Shown here one piece after another: positions 25,701 through 39,700 of a stretch of 64,000 bases of DNA; positions within the stretch are counted from its first letter, which is position 1; each line of letters opens with the position of its first letter. The stretch lies in the NCBI GenBank assembly GCA_964016885.1, contig OZ024740.1, forward strand, positions 16,802,001 to 16,866,000, given 5' to 3'. The notes under the pieces are model-generated. The model did no database searches. It was given only the letters and a program-made list of their open reading frames with translations, and was not told the DNA's origin. This DNA comes from Eledone cirrhosa (taxonomy: Eukaryota). A program made the translations under genes and the position numbers.

Positions 25701-28700
25701 ATCAGTGTAAATATGGTGGCTTCTTGACAGAACTTTACAGGGAGACATCAGTGTAAATATGGTGGCTTCTGGACAGAGGTTTACAGGGAGATATCAGTGT
25801 AAATATGGTGTCTTCTAGACAGAGCTTTGCAGGGAGACATCAGTGTGAATATGGTGGCTTCTGGACAGAGGTTTACAGGGAGTTATAAGAGTAATTATGG
25901 TGGCTTCTAGACAGAGGTTTACAGGGAGACATCAGTGTAAATATGGTGGCATCTGGACAGAGGTTTACAGGGAGACATCAGTGTAAATATGGTGGCTTCT
26001 GGACAGAGCTTTACAGAGAGACATTAGTGTAAATATGGTGGCTTCTAGACAGAGCTTTACAGGGAGTTATCAGACTAAGTATAGTGGCTTCTGGACAGAG
26101 GTTTACAGGGAGACATCAGTGTAAATATGGTGGCTTCTAGACAGAGCTTTACAGGGAGATATCAGTGTAAATATGGTGGCTTCTGGACAGAGGTTTACAA
26201 GGAGACATCAGTGTAAATATGGTGGCTTCTGGACAGAGCTTTACAGGGAGACATTAGTGTAAATATGGTGGCTTCTAGACAGAGATTTAAAGGGAGACAT
26301 CAGTGTAAATATGTTGGCTTCTGGATAGAGGTTTACAGGTAGACATCAGTGTAAATATGGTGGCTTCTGGACAGAGGTTTATAGGGAGACATTAGTGTAA
26401 ATATGATGGCTTCTGGACAGAGGTTTATAGGGAGATATCAGTGTTAATATGGTGGATTCTGGACAGAGGTTTACAGGGAGACATCAGTGTAAATGTGGTG
26501 GCATCTGGACAGAGGTTTACACGGAGACATCAGTGTAAATATGGTGTCTTCTGGACAGAGCTTTACAGGGAGACATTAGTGTAAATATGGTGGCTTCTAG
26601 ACAGAGCTTTACAGGGAGATATCAGAGTAAATATGGTGGCCTCTGGACAGAGGTTTACAGGGAGACATCAGTGTAAATATGGTGGCTTCTAGACAGAGAT
26701 TTACAGGGAGATATCAGTGTAAATATGGTGGCTTCTAGACAGAGGTTTACAGGGAGACATCAGTGTAAATATGGTGGCTTCTAGACAGAGTTTACAGGGA
26801 GACATCAGTGTAAATATGGTGGCTTCTAGACAGAGGTTTACAGGGAGACATCATTGTAAATATGGTGTCTTCTAGACAGAGGTTTACAGGAAGACATCAG
26901 TGTATATATGGTGGCTTCTAGACAGAGCTTTACAGGGAGACATCAGTGTAAATATGGTGGCTTCTAGACAGAGCTTTACAGGGAGACATCAGTGTAAATA
27001 TGGTGGCTTCTAGAAAGAGCTTTACAGGGAGACATCAGTGTAAATATGGTGGTTTCTAGACAGAGCTTTGCAGGGAGACATCAGTGTAAATATGGTGGCT
27101 TCTAGACAGAGTTTACAGGGAGAAATCAGTGTAAATATGGTGGCTTCTAGACAGAGGTTTACAGGGAGACATCAGTGTAAATATGGTGGCTTCTAGACAG
27201 AGCTTTAGAGGGAGACATCAGTGTAAATATGGTGGCTTCTAGACAGAGCTTTACAGGGAGACATCAGTGTAAATATGGTGGCTTCTAGACAGAGCTTTAC
27301 AGGGAGACATCAGTGTATATATGGTGGCTTCTAGACAGAGCTTTACAGGGAGACATCTGTGTAAATATGGTGGCTTCTAGACAGAGATTTACAGGGAGAC
27401 ATCAGTGTAAATATGGTGGCTTCTAGACAGAGCTTTACAGGGAGATATCAGTGTAAATATGGTGGCTTCTAGACAGAGCTTTACAGGGAGACATCAGTGT
27501 AAATATGGTGGCTTCTAGACAGAGCTTTACAGGGAGACATCAGTGTAAATATGGTGGCTTCTAGACAGAGCTTTACAGGGAGACATCAGTGTAAATATGG
27601 TGGCTTCTGGATAGAGGTTTACAGGGAGACATCAGTGGAAATATGGTGGCTTCTGGACAGAGGTTAACAGGGAGACATCAGTGTAAATATGGTGGCTTCT
27701 AGACAAAGCTTTACAGGGAGACATCAGCGTAAATATGGTGGCTTCTAGACAAAGCTTTACAGGGAGACATCAGTGTAAATATGGTGGCTTCTTGACAGAA
27801 CTTTACAGGGAGACATCAGTGTAAATATGGTGGCTTCTGGACAGAGGTTTACAGGGAGATATCAGTGTAAATATGGTGTCTGCTAGACAGAGCTTTGCAG
27901 GGAGACATCAGTGTGAATATGGTGGCTTCTGGACAGAGGTTTACAGGGAGTTATCAGAGTAATTATGGTGGCTTCTAGACAGAGGTTTACAGGGAGACAT
28001 CAGTGTAAATATGGTGGCATCTGGACAGAGGTTTACAGGGAGACATCAGTGTAAATATGGTGGCTTCTGGACAGAGCTTTACAGAGAGACATTAGTGTAA
28101 ATATGGTGGCTTCTAGACAGAGCTTTACAGGGAGTTATCAGACTAAGTATAGTGGATTCTGGACAGAGGTTTACAGGGAGACATCAGTGTAAATATGGTG
28201 GCTTCTAGACAGAGCTTTACAGGGAGACATCAGAGCAAATATGGTGGCTTCTAGACAGAGCTTTACAGGGAGACATTAGTGTAAATATGGTGGCTTCTAG
28301 ACAGAGCTTTACAGGGAGACATCAGTGTAAATATGGTGGCTTATAGACAGAGGTTTACAGGGAGACATCTGTGTAAATATGGTGGCTTCTATACAGAGCT
28401 TTACAGGGAGACATCAGTGTAAATATGGTGGCTTCTAGACAGAGCTTTACAGGGAGATATCAGAGTAAATATGGTGGCTTCTGGACAGAGCTTTACAGCG
28501 AGACATCACTGTAAATATGGTGGCTTCTAATCAGAGGTTTACAAGGAGACATCAGTGTAAATATAGTGGCTTCTAGACAGAGGTTTACAGGGAGACATCA
28601 GTGTAAATATGGTGGCTTCTAGACGGAGGTTTACAGGGAGATATCAGTGTAAATATGGTGTCTTCTGGACAGAGGTTTACAGGGAGATATTAGTGTAAAT

Positions 28701-31700
28701 ATGGTGTCTTCTGGACATAGGTTTATAGGGAGATATCAGTGTTGATATGGTGGCTTCTGGACAGAGGTTTACAGGGAGACATGAGCGTAAATGTGGTGGC
28801 TTCTGGACAGATGTTTACAAGGAGACATCAGTGTAAATATGGTGGCTTCTAGACAAAGTTTACAGGGAGACATCAGCGTAAATATGGTGGCTTCTAGACA
28901 AAGCTTTACAGGCAGACATCAGTGTAAATATTGTGGCTTCTAGACAAAGCTTTACAGGGAGACATCAGTGTAAATATGGTGGCTTCTTGACAGAACTTTA
29001 CAGGGAGACATCAGTGTAAATATGGTGGCTTCTGGACAGAGGTTTACAGGGAGATATCAGTGTAAATATGGTGTCTTCTAGACAGAGCTTTGCAGGGAGA
29101 CATCAGTGTGAATATGGTGGCTTCTGGACAGAGGTTTACAGGGAGTTATCAGAGTAATTATGGTGGCTTCTAGACAGAGGTTTACAGGGAGACATCAGTG
29201 TAAATATGGTGGCATCTGGACAGAGGTTTACAGGGAGACATCAGTGTAAATATGGTGGCTTCTGGACAGAGCTTTACAGAGAGACATTAGTGTAAATATG
29301 GTGGCTTCTAGACAGAGCTTTACAGGGAGTTATCAGACTAAGTATAGTGGCTTCTGGACAGAGGTTTACAGGGAGACATCAGTGTAAATATGGTGGCTTC
29401 TAGACAGAGCTTTACAGGGAGATATCAGTGTAAATATGGTGGCTTCTGGACAGAGGTTTACAAGGAGACATCAGTGTAAATATGGTGGCTTCTGGACAGA
29501 GCTTTACAGGGAGACATTAGTGTAAATATGGTGGCTTCTAGACAGAGATTTAAAGGGAGATATCAGAGTAAATATAGTGGCTTCTGGACAGAGGTTTACA
29601 GGGAGACATCAGTGTAAATATGGTGGCACCTGGACAAAGGTTTACAGGGACACATCAGTGTAAATATGGTGGCTTCTAGACAAAGTTTTACAGGGAGATA
29701 TCAGAGTAAATATGGTGGCTTCTGCACAGAGGTTTACAGGGAGACATCAGTGTAAATATGGTGGCTTCTAGACTGAGGTTTACAGGGAGACATCAGTGTA
29801 AATATGGTGGCTTCTGGATAGAGGTTTACAGGTAGACATCAGTGTAAATATGGTGGCTTCTGGACAGAGGTTTATAGGGAGACATTAGTGTAAATATGGT
29901 GGCTTCTGGACAGAGGTTTATAGGGAGATATCAGTGTTAATATGGTGGATTCTGGACAGAGGTTTACAGGGAGACATCAGTGTAAATGTGGTGGCATCTG
30001 GACAGAGGTTTACAGGGAGACATCAGTGTAAATATGGTGTCTTCTGGACAGAGCTTTACAGGGAGACATTAGTGTAAATATGGTGGCTTCTAGACAGAGC
30101 TTTACAGGGAGATATCAGAGTAAATATGGTGGCTTCTGGACAGAGCTTTACAGCGAGACATCACTGTAAATATGGTGGCTTCTAATCAGAGGTTTACAAG
30201 GAGACATCAGTGTAAATATAGTGGCTTCTAGACAGAGGTTTACAGGGAGACATCAGTGTAAATATGGTGGCTTCTAGACGGAGGTTTACAGGGAGATATC
30301 AGTGTAAATATGGTGTCTTCTGGACAGAGGTTTACAGGGAGATATTAGTGTAAATATGGTGTCTTCTGGACATAGGTTTATAGGGAGATATCAGTGTTAA
30401 TATGGTGGCTTCTGGACAGAGGTTTACAGGGAGACATGAGCGTAAATGTGGTGGCTTCTGGACAGATGTTTACAAGGAGACATCAGTGTAAATATGGTGG
30501 CTTCTAGACAAAGTTTACAGGGAGACATCAGCGTAAATATGGTGGCTTCTAGACAAAGCTTTACAGGGAGACATCAGCGTAAATATTGTGGCTTCTAGAC
30601 AAAGCTTTACAGGGAGACATCAGTGTAAATATGGTGGCTTCTTGACAGAACTTTACAGGGAGACATCAGTGTAAATATGGTGGCTTCTGGACAGAGGTTT
30701 ACAGGGAGATATCAGTGTAAATATGGTGTCTTCTAGACAGAGCTTTGCAGGGAGACATCAGTGTGAATATGGTGGCTTCTGGACAGAGGTTTACAGGGAG
30801 TTATCAGAGTAATTATGGTGGCTTCTAGACAGAGGTTTACAGGGAGACATCAGTGTAAATATGGTGGCATCTGGACAGAGGTTTACAGGGAGACATCAGT
30901 GTAAATATGGTGGCTTCTGGACAGAGCTTTACAGAGAGACATTAGTGTAAATATGGTGGCTTCTAGACAGAGCTTTACAGGGAGTTATCAGACTAAGTAT
31001 AGTGGCTTCTGGACAGAGGTTTACAGGGAGACATCAGTGTAAATATGGTGGCTTCTAGACAGAGCTTTACAGGGAGATATCAGTGTAAATATGGTGGCTT
31101 CTGGACAGAGGTTTACAAGGAGACATCAGTGTAAATATGGTGGCTTCTGGACAGAGCTTTACAGGGAGACATTAGTGTAAATATGGTGGCTTCTAGACAG
31201 AGATTTAAAGGGAGATATCAGAGTAAATATAGTGGCTTCTGGACAGAGGTTTACAGGGAGACATCAGTGTAAATATGGTGGCACCTGGACAAAGGTTTAC
31301 AGGGACACATCAGTGTAAATATGGTGGCTTCTAGACAAAGTTTTACAGGGAGATATCAGAGTAAATATGGTGGCTTCTGGACAGAGGTTTACAGGGAGAC
31401 ATCAGTGTAAATATGGTGGCTTCTAGACTGAGGTTTACAGGGAGACATCAGTGTAAATATGGTGGCTTCTGGATAGAGGTTTACAGTAGACATCAGTGTA
31501 AATATGGTGGCTTCTGGACAGAGGTTTATAGGGAGACATTAGTGTAAATATGGTGGCTTCTGGACAGAGGTTTATAGGGAGATATCAGTGTTAATATGGT
31601 GGATTCTGGACAGAGGTTTACAGGGAGACATCAGTGTAAATGTGGTGGCATCTGGACAGAGGTTTACAGGGAGACATCAGTGTAAATATGGTGTCTTCTG

Positions 31701-33569
31701 GACAGAGCTTTACAGGGAGACATTAGTGTAAATATGGTGGCTTCTAGACAGAGCTTTACAGGGAGATATCAGAGTAAATATGGTGGCCTCTGGACAGAGG
31801 TTTACAGGGAGACATCAGTGTAAATATGGTGGCTTCTAGACAGAGATTTACAGGGAGATATCAGTGTAAATATGGTGGCTTCTAGACAGAGGTTTACAGG
31901 GAGACATCAGTGTAAATATGGTGGCTTCTAGACAGAGTTTACAGGGAGACATCAGTGTAAATATGGTGGCTTCTAGACAGAGGTTTACAGGGAGACATCA
32001 TTGTAAATATGGTGGCTTCTAGACAGAGGTTACAGGAAGACATCAGTGTATATATGGTGGCTTCTAGACAGAGCTTTACAGGGAGACATCAGTGTAAATA
32101 TGGTGGCTTCTAGACAGAGCTTTACAGGGAGACATCAGTGTAAATATGGTGGCTTCTAGAAAGAGCTTTACAGGGAGACATCAGTGTAAATATGGTGGTT
32201 TCTAGACAGAGCTTTGCAGGGAGACATCAGTGTAAATATGGTGGCTTCTAGACAGAGTTTACAGGGAGACATCAGTGTAAATATGGTGGCTTCTAGACAG
32301 AGGTTTACAGGGAGACATCAGTGTAAATGTGGTGGCTTCTAGACAGAGCTTTAGAGGGAGACATCAGTGTAAATATGGTGGCTTCTAGACAGAGCTTTAC
32401 AGGGAGACATCAGTGTAAATATGGTGGCTTCTAGACAGAGCTTTAGAGGGAGACATCAGTGTAAATATGGTGGCTTCTAGACAGAGCTTTACAGGGAGAC
32501 ATCAGTGTAAATATGGTGGCTTCTAGACAGAGCTTTAGAGGGAGACATCAGTGTAAATATGGTGGCTTCTAGACAGAGCTTTACAGGGAGACATCAGTGT
32601 AAATATGGTGGCTTCTAGACAGAGCTTTACAGGGAGACATCAGTGTAAATATGGTGGCTTATAGACAGAGGTTTACAGGGAGACATCTGTGTAAATATGG
32701 TGTCTTCTATACAGAGCTTTACAGGGAGACATCAGTGTAAATATGGTGGCTTCTAGACAGAGCTTTACAGGGAGATATCTGTGTAAATATGGTGGCTTCT
32801 AGACAGAGCTTTACAGGGAGACATCAGTGCAAATATGGTGGCTTCTAGACAGAGCTTTACAGGGAGACATCAGTGTAAATATGGTGGCTTCTAGACAGAG
32901 CTTTACAGGGAGACATCAGTGTAAATATGGTGGCTTCTAGACAGAGCTTTACAGGGAGACATCAGTGTAAATATGGTGGCTTATAGACAGAGGTTTACAG
33001 GGAGACATCTGTGTAAATATGGTGGCTTCTATACAGAGCTTTACAGGGAGACATCAGTGTAAATATGGTGGCTTCTAGACAGAGCTTTACAGGGAGACAT
33101 CAGTGTAAATATGGTGGCTTCTAGACAGAGCTTTACAGGGAGATATCAGTGTAAATATGGTGGCTTCTAGACAGAGCTTTACAGGGAGACATCAGTGTAA
33201 ATATGGTGGCTTCTAGACAGAGCTTTACAGGGAGACATCAGTGTAAATATGGTGGCTTCTAGACAGAGCTTTACAGGGAGACATCAGTGTAAATATGGTG
33301 GCTTCTGGATAGAGGTTTACAGGGAGACATCAGTGGAAATATGGTGGCTTCTGGACAGAGGTTAACAGGGAGACATCAGTGTAAATATGGTGGCTTCTAG
33401 ACAGAGGTTTACAGGGAGATATCAGTGTAAATATGGTGGCTTCTGGACAGAGGTTAACAGGGAGACATCAGTGTAAATATGGTGGCTTCTAGACAGATGT
33501 TTACAGGGAGACATCAGTGTAAATATGTTGGCTTCTAGACAGAGGTTTACAGGGTGACATCAGAGTAAA
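19711..33569. repeat. 46-bp tandem satellite array, right arm
   Basis: The same monomer resumes in register at GGTTTACAGGGAGAC (19711). The last recognisable monomer ends ...GGGTGACATCAGAGTAAA at ~33569. Confidence 0.98.
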
Positions 33570-33624
33570 CATTGATAAGTAATTATTGGAAAATATGGGG
33601 AATCTTGACTGTACAAATATTACT

Positions 33625-33708
33625 GAAGAAGAAGAAGAAGAAGAAGAAGAAGAAGAAGAAGAAGAAGAAGAAGAAGAAGAAGAAAAAGAAGAAGAAGAAG
33701 AAGAAGAA
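33625..33708 (+). repeat. (GAA)n microsatellite, 28 triplets with one AAA interruption
   Basis: Read directly, and translated in the track as E20-K-E7. Confidence 0.97.
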
Positions 33709-36700
33709 CAACAACAACAGCAGCAGCCACAAGAACAACCACAACCACCAGCACAACAACCACCACCACCACCACAACAACCACTACAACAAGCACCATC
33801 ACCACCATCATCACAACCACCCCCACCACCACCACAACAACCACCACAACAACAACAAACACCACCACCAGCACCAAAACAACAACAACCACCAACACCA
33901 CAACAACCACCACAACAACAACCACCACCACAACAACAACCACCACAACCACCCCGACCACCACCACAACAACCACCACAATAACAACCACCACCACAAC
34001 AACAACCACCACAACCACCACAACCACCCCCACCACCACAACAACAACCACCACAACAACAACAACCACCACCACCACCACAACAACAACAACAACCACC
34101 ACCACCACAACAACAACCACCACCACAACAACTACCACCACTACAACAACAACAACCACAACAACAACCACCACCACCACAACAACCACCACCACAACAA
34201 CAACTACCACCACAACAACAACCACCACCACAAAAACAACCACCACAACAACAACCACCAAAACAACCACAAACACCACAACAACCACCAACACCACAAC
34301 AACCACCACCACCACAACAACCACCACAGCAACAACCACCACAACAACCACCACCACCACAACAACAACCACCACCACAACAACCACCACAACAACAACC
34401 ACCACCACAACAACAACCACCACCACAACAACCACCACCACAACAACCACCACCACAATAACAACCACCACAACAACAACCACCACCACAACAACCACCA
34501 CCACCACAACAACAACCACAACAACAACCACCACAAAAACAACCACCACCACCACTACAACCACCACAACAACAACCACCACCACAACAACCACCACCAC
34601 CACCACAACAACAACCACAACAACAACCACCACCACAACAACCACCACCACCACAACAACAACCACAACAACCACCACCACAACAACCACCACCACAACA
34701 ACAACCACCACCACAACAACCACAACAACAACCACCACAACAACAACCACCACAACAACAACCACCACCACAACAAACACCACCACAACAACAACCACCA
34801 CCACCACAACAACCACCACCACAACAACCACCACAACAACAACCACCACAACAACAACCACCACCAAAACAACGACCACCACAACAACAACCACCACCAC
34901 AACAACAACCACCACCACAACAATAACCACCACCACAACAATAACCAACACCACCACCACAACACCACCACCACAACAACCAGCACAACAACAACCACCA
35001 CCACAACACCCACCACAACAACAACCACCACCACAACAACAACCACCACAACAACAACCACCACCACAACAACCACCACAACAACAACAACCACCACAAC
35101 AACCACCACAACAACAACCACCACAACAACCACCACCACAACAACAACCACCACCACAAGCACCCCCACCACCACAACAACAACCACCACCACAACAACC
35201 CCCACCACAACAACAACCCCACAACCACCCCCACCACCACCACAACACTCACCACCACAACAACAACCACCACAACAACAACCACCACAACAACAACCAC
35301 TACAACAACCACCACCACAACAACCACCATCACAACAACAACCACAACCACAACAACCACCACAACAACAACCACCACCACAACAACCACCACCACAATA
35401 ACAACAACCACCACCACAACAACCACCACCACAACAACAACAACCACCACTACAACAACCACCACCACAACCACCACAACAACAACAACCACCACAACAA
35501 CAAGCACCACTACAACAGCCAACACCACAACAACAACCACCACAACAACAACCACCACCACCACAACAACCACTACGACAACAACCACCACCACCACCAC
35601 AACAACCACCACCACCACAACAACAACCACCACAACAACAACCACAACCACAACAACAACCACCACAACAACAACCACCACCACAACCACCATCACAACA
35701 ACCACCACCACAACAACCACCACCACAACAACCACCACCACAACAACAACCACCACAACAACAACCACCACCACAACAACAATCACCCCAACAACCACCA
35801 CCACCACAACAACAACCACAACCACAACAACAATCACCACAACTACAACCACCACCACAACAACAATCACCACAACTACAACCACCACCACAACAACAAC
35901 CACCACAACAACCACCACCACCACAACAACCACCACCACAACAACCACCACCACAACAACAACCACCACCACAACAACCACCACCTCAACAACAATCACC
36001 ACAACTACAACCACCATCACAACAACCATCACCTCAACTACAATCACTACAACTACCACCACAACAACCACCACCACCACAACAACAATCACCACAACTA
36101 CAATCACCACCACAACAACCACCACCATAACAACAATCACCACAACTACAATCACCACCACAACAACCACCACCATAACAACAATCACCACAACTACAAT
36201 CACCACCACAACAACCACCACCATAACAACCATCACCTCAACTACAATCACTACAACTACCACCACAACAACCACCACCACCACAACAACAATCACCACA
36301 ACTACAATCACCACCACAACAACCACCACCATAACAACAATCACCACAACTACAATCACCACCACAACAACCACCACCATAACAACAATCACCACAACAA
36401 CAATCACCACAACTACAACCACCACAACAACAATCACCACAACTACAACCACCATCACAACAACCACCACCACAACAACCACCACCACAACAACCACCAC
36501 CACAACAACAACCACCACGACGACCACCACCACCACAACTACAACCACCACCACAACAACCACCAGCACAACAACCACCACCATAACAACAATCACCACA
36601 ACTTCAACCACTACAACAACAACCACCACAACAACAACCACCACCACAACAACAATCACCACAACTACAACCACCACAACAACAACAATCACCACAACTA

Positions 36701-39700
36701 CAACCACCACCACAACAACCACCACCACAACAACCACCACCACAACAACAATCACCACAACTACAACCACCACCACAACAACAACCACCACCACCACAAC
36801 AACCACCACCACAACAACAACTACCACCACAACAACAACCACCACCACAAAAACAACCACCACAACAACAACCACCAAAACAACCACAAACACCACAACA
36901 ACCACCAACACCACAACAACCACCACCACCACAACAACCACCACAGCAACAACCACCACAACAACCACCACCACCACAACAACAACCACCACCACAACAA
37001 CCACCACAACAACAACCACCACCACAACAACAACCACCACAACAACAACCACCACCACAACAACAATCACCACAACTACAACCACCACAACCACCACCAC
37101 CACCACAACAACAACAACAACCACCACCACCACAACAACAACCACCACCACAACAACTACCACCACTACAACAACAACAACCACAACAACAACCACCACC
37201 ACCACAACAACCACCACCACAACAACAACTACCACCACAACAACAACCACCACCACAAAAACAACCACCACAACAACAACCACCAAAACAACCACAAACA
37301 CCACAACAACCACCAACACCACAACAACCACCACCACCACAACAACCACCACAGCAACAACCACCACAACAACCACCACCACCACAACAACAACCACCAC
37401 CACAACAACCACCACAACAACAACCACCACCACAACAACAACCACCACCACAACAACCACCACCACAACAACCACCACCACAATAACAACCACCACAACA
37501 ACAACCACCACCACAACAACCACCACCACCACAACAACAACCACAACAACAACCACCACAAAAACAACCACCACCACCACTACAACCACCACAACAACAA
37601 CCACCACCACAACAACCACCACCACCACCACAACAACAACCACAACAACAACCACCACCACAACAACCACCACCACCACAACAACAACCACAACAACCAC
37701 CACCACAACAACCACCACCACAACAACAACCACCACCACAACAACCACAACAACAACCACCACAACAACAACCACCACAACAACAACCACCACCACAACA
37801 AACACCACCACAACAACAACCACCACCACCACAACAACCACCACCACAACAACCACCACAACAACAACCACCACAACAACAACCACCACCAAAACAACGA
37901 CCACCACAACAACAACCACCACCACAACAACAACCACCACCACAACAATAACCACCACCACAACAATAACCAACACCACCACCACAACACCACCACCACA
38001 ACAACCAGCACAACAACAACCACCACCACAACACCCACCACAACAACAACCACCACCACAACAACAACCACCACAACAACAACCACCACCACAACAACCA
38101 CCACAACAACAACAACCACCACAACAACCACCACAACAACAACCACCACAACAACCACCACCACAACAACAACCACCACCACAAGCACCCCCACCACCAC
38201 AACAACAACCACCACCACAACAACCCCCACCACAACAACAACCCCACAACCACCCCCACCACCACCACAACACTCACCACCACAACAACAACCACCACAA
38301 CAACAACCACCACAACAACAACCACTACAACAACCACCACCACAACAACCACCATCACAACAACAACCACAACCACAACAACCACCACAACAACAACCAC
38401 CACCACAACAACCACCACCACAATAACAACAACCACCACCACAACAACCACCACCACAACAACAACAACCACCACTACAACAACCACCACCACAACCACC
38501 ACAACAACAACAACCACCACAACAACAAGCACCACTACAACAGCCAACACCACAACAACAACCACCACAACAACAACCACCACCACCACAACAACCACTA
38601 CGACAACAACCACCACCACCACCACAACAACCACCACCACCACAACAACAACCACCACAACAACAACCACAACCACAACAACAACCACCACAACAACAAC
38701 CACCACCACAACCACCATCACAACAACCACCACCACAACAACCACCACCACAACAACCACCACCACAACAACAACCACCACAACAACAACCACCACCACA
38801 ACAACAATCACCCCAACAACCACCACCACCACAACAACAACCACAACCACAACAACAATCACCACAACTACAACCACCACCACAACAACAATCACCACAA
38901 CTACAACCACCACCACAACAACAACCACCACAACAACCACCACCACCACAACAACCACCACCACAACAACCACCACCACAACAACAACCACCACCACAAC
39001 AACCACCACCTCAACAACAATCACCACAACTACAACCACCATCACAACAACCATCACCTCAACTACAATCACTACAACTACCACCACAACAACCACCACC
39101 ACCACAACAACAATCACCACAACTACAATCACCACCACAACAACCACCACCATAACAACAATCACCACAACTACAATCACCACCACAACAACCACCACCA
39201 TAACAACAATCACCACAACTACAATCACCACCACAACAACCACCACCATAACAACCATCACCTCAACTACAATCACTACAACTACCACCACAACAACCAC
39301 CACCACCACAACAACAATCACCACAACTACAATCACCACCACAACAACCACCACCATAACAACAATCACCACAACTACAATCACCACCACAACAACCACC
39401 ACCATAACAACAATCACCACAACAACAATCACCACAACTACAACCACCACAACAACAATCACCACAACTACAACCACCATCACAACAACCACCACCACAA
39501 CAACCACCACCACAACAACCACCACCACAACAACAACCACCACGACGACCACCACCACCACAACTACAACCACCACCACAACAACCACCAGCACAACAAC
39601 CACCACCATAACAACAATCACCACAACTTCAACCACTACAACAACAACCACCACAACAACAACCACCACCACAACAACAATCACCACAACTACAACCACC

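Noticed and set aside
1-33569. CRISPR array interpretation of the 46-bp periodicity
   Set aside because: Monomers are contiguous with no unique spacers, and there are no cas genes or leader. This is a plain tandem satellite.
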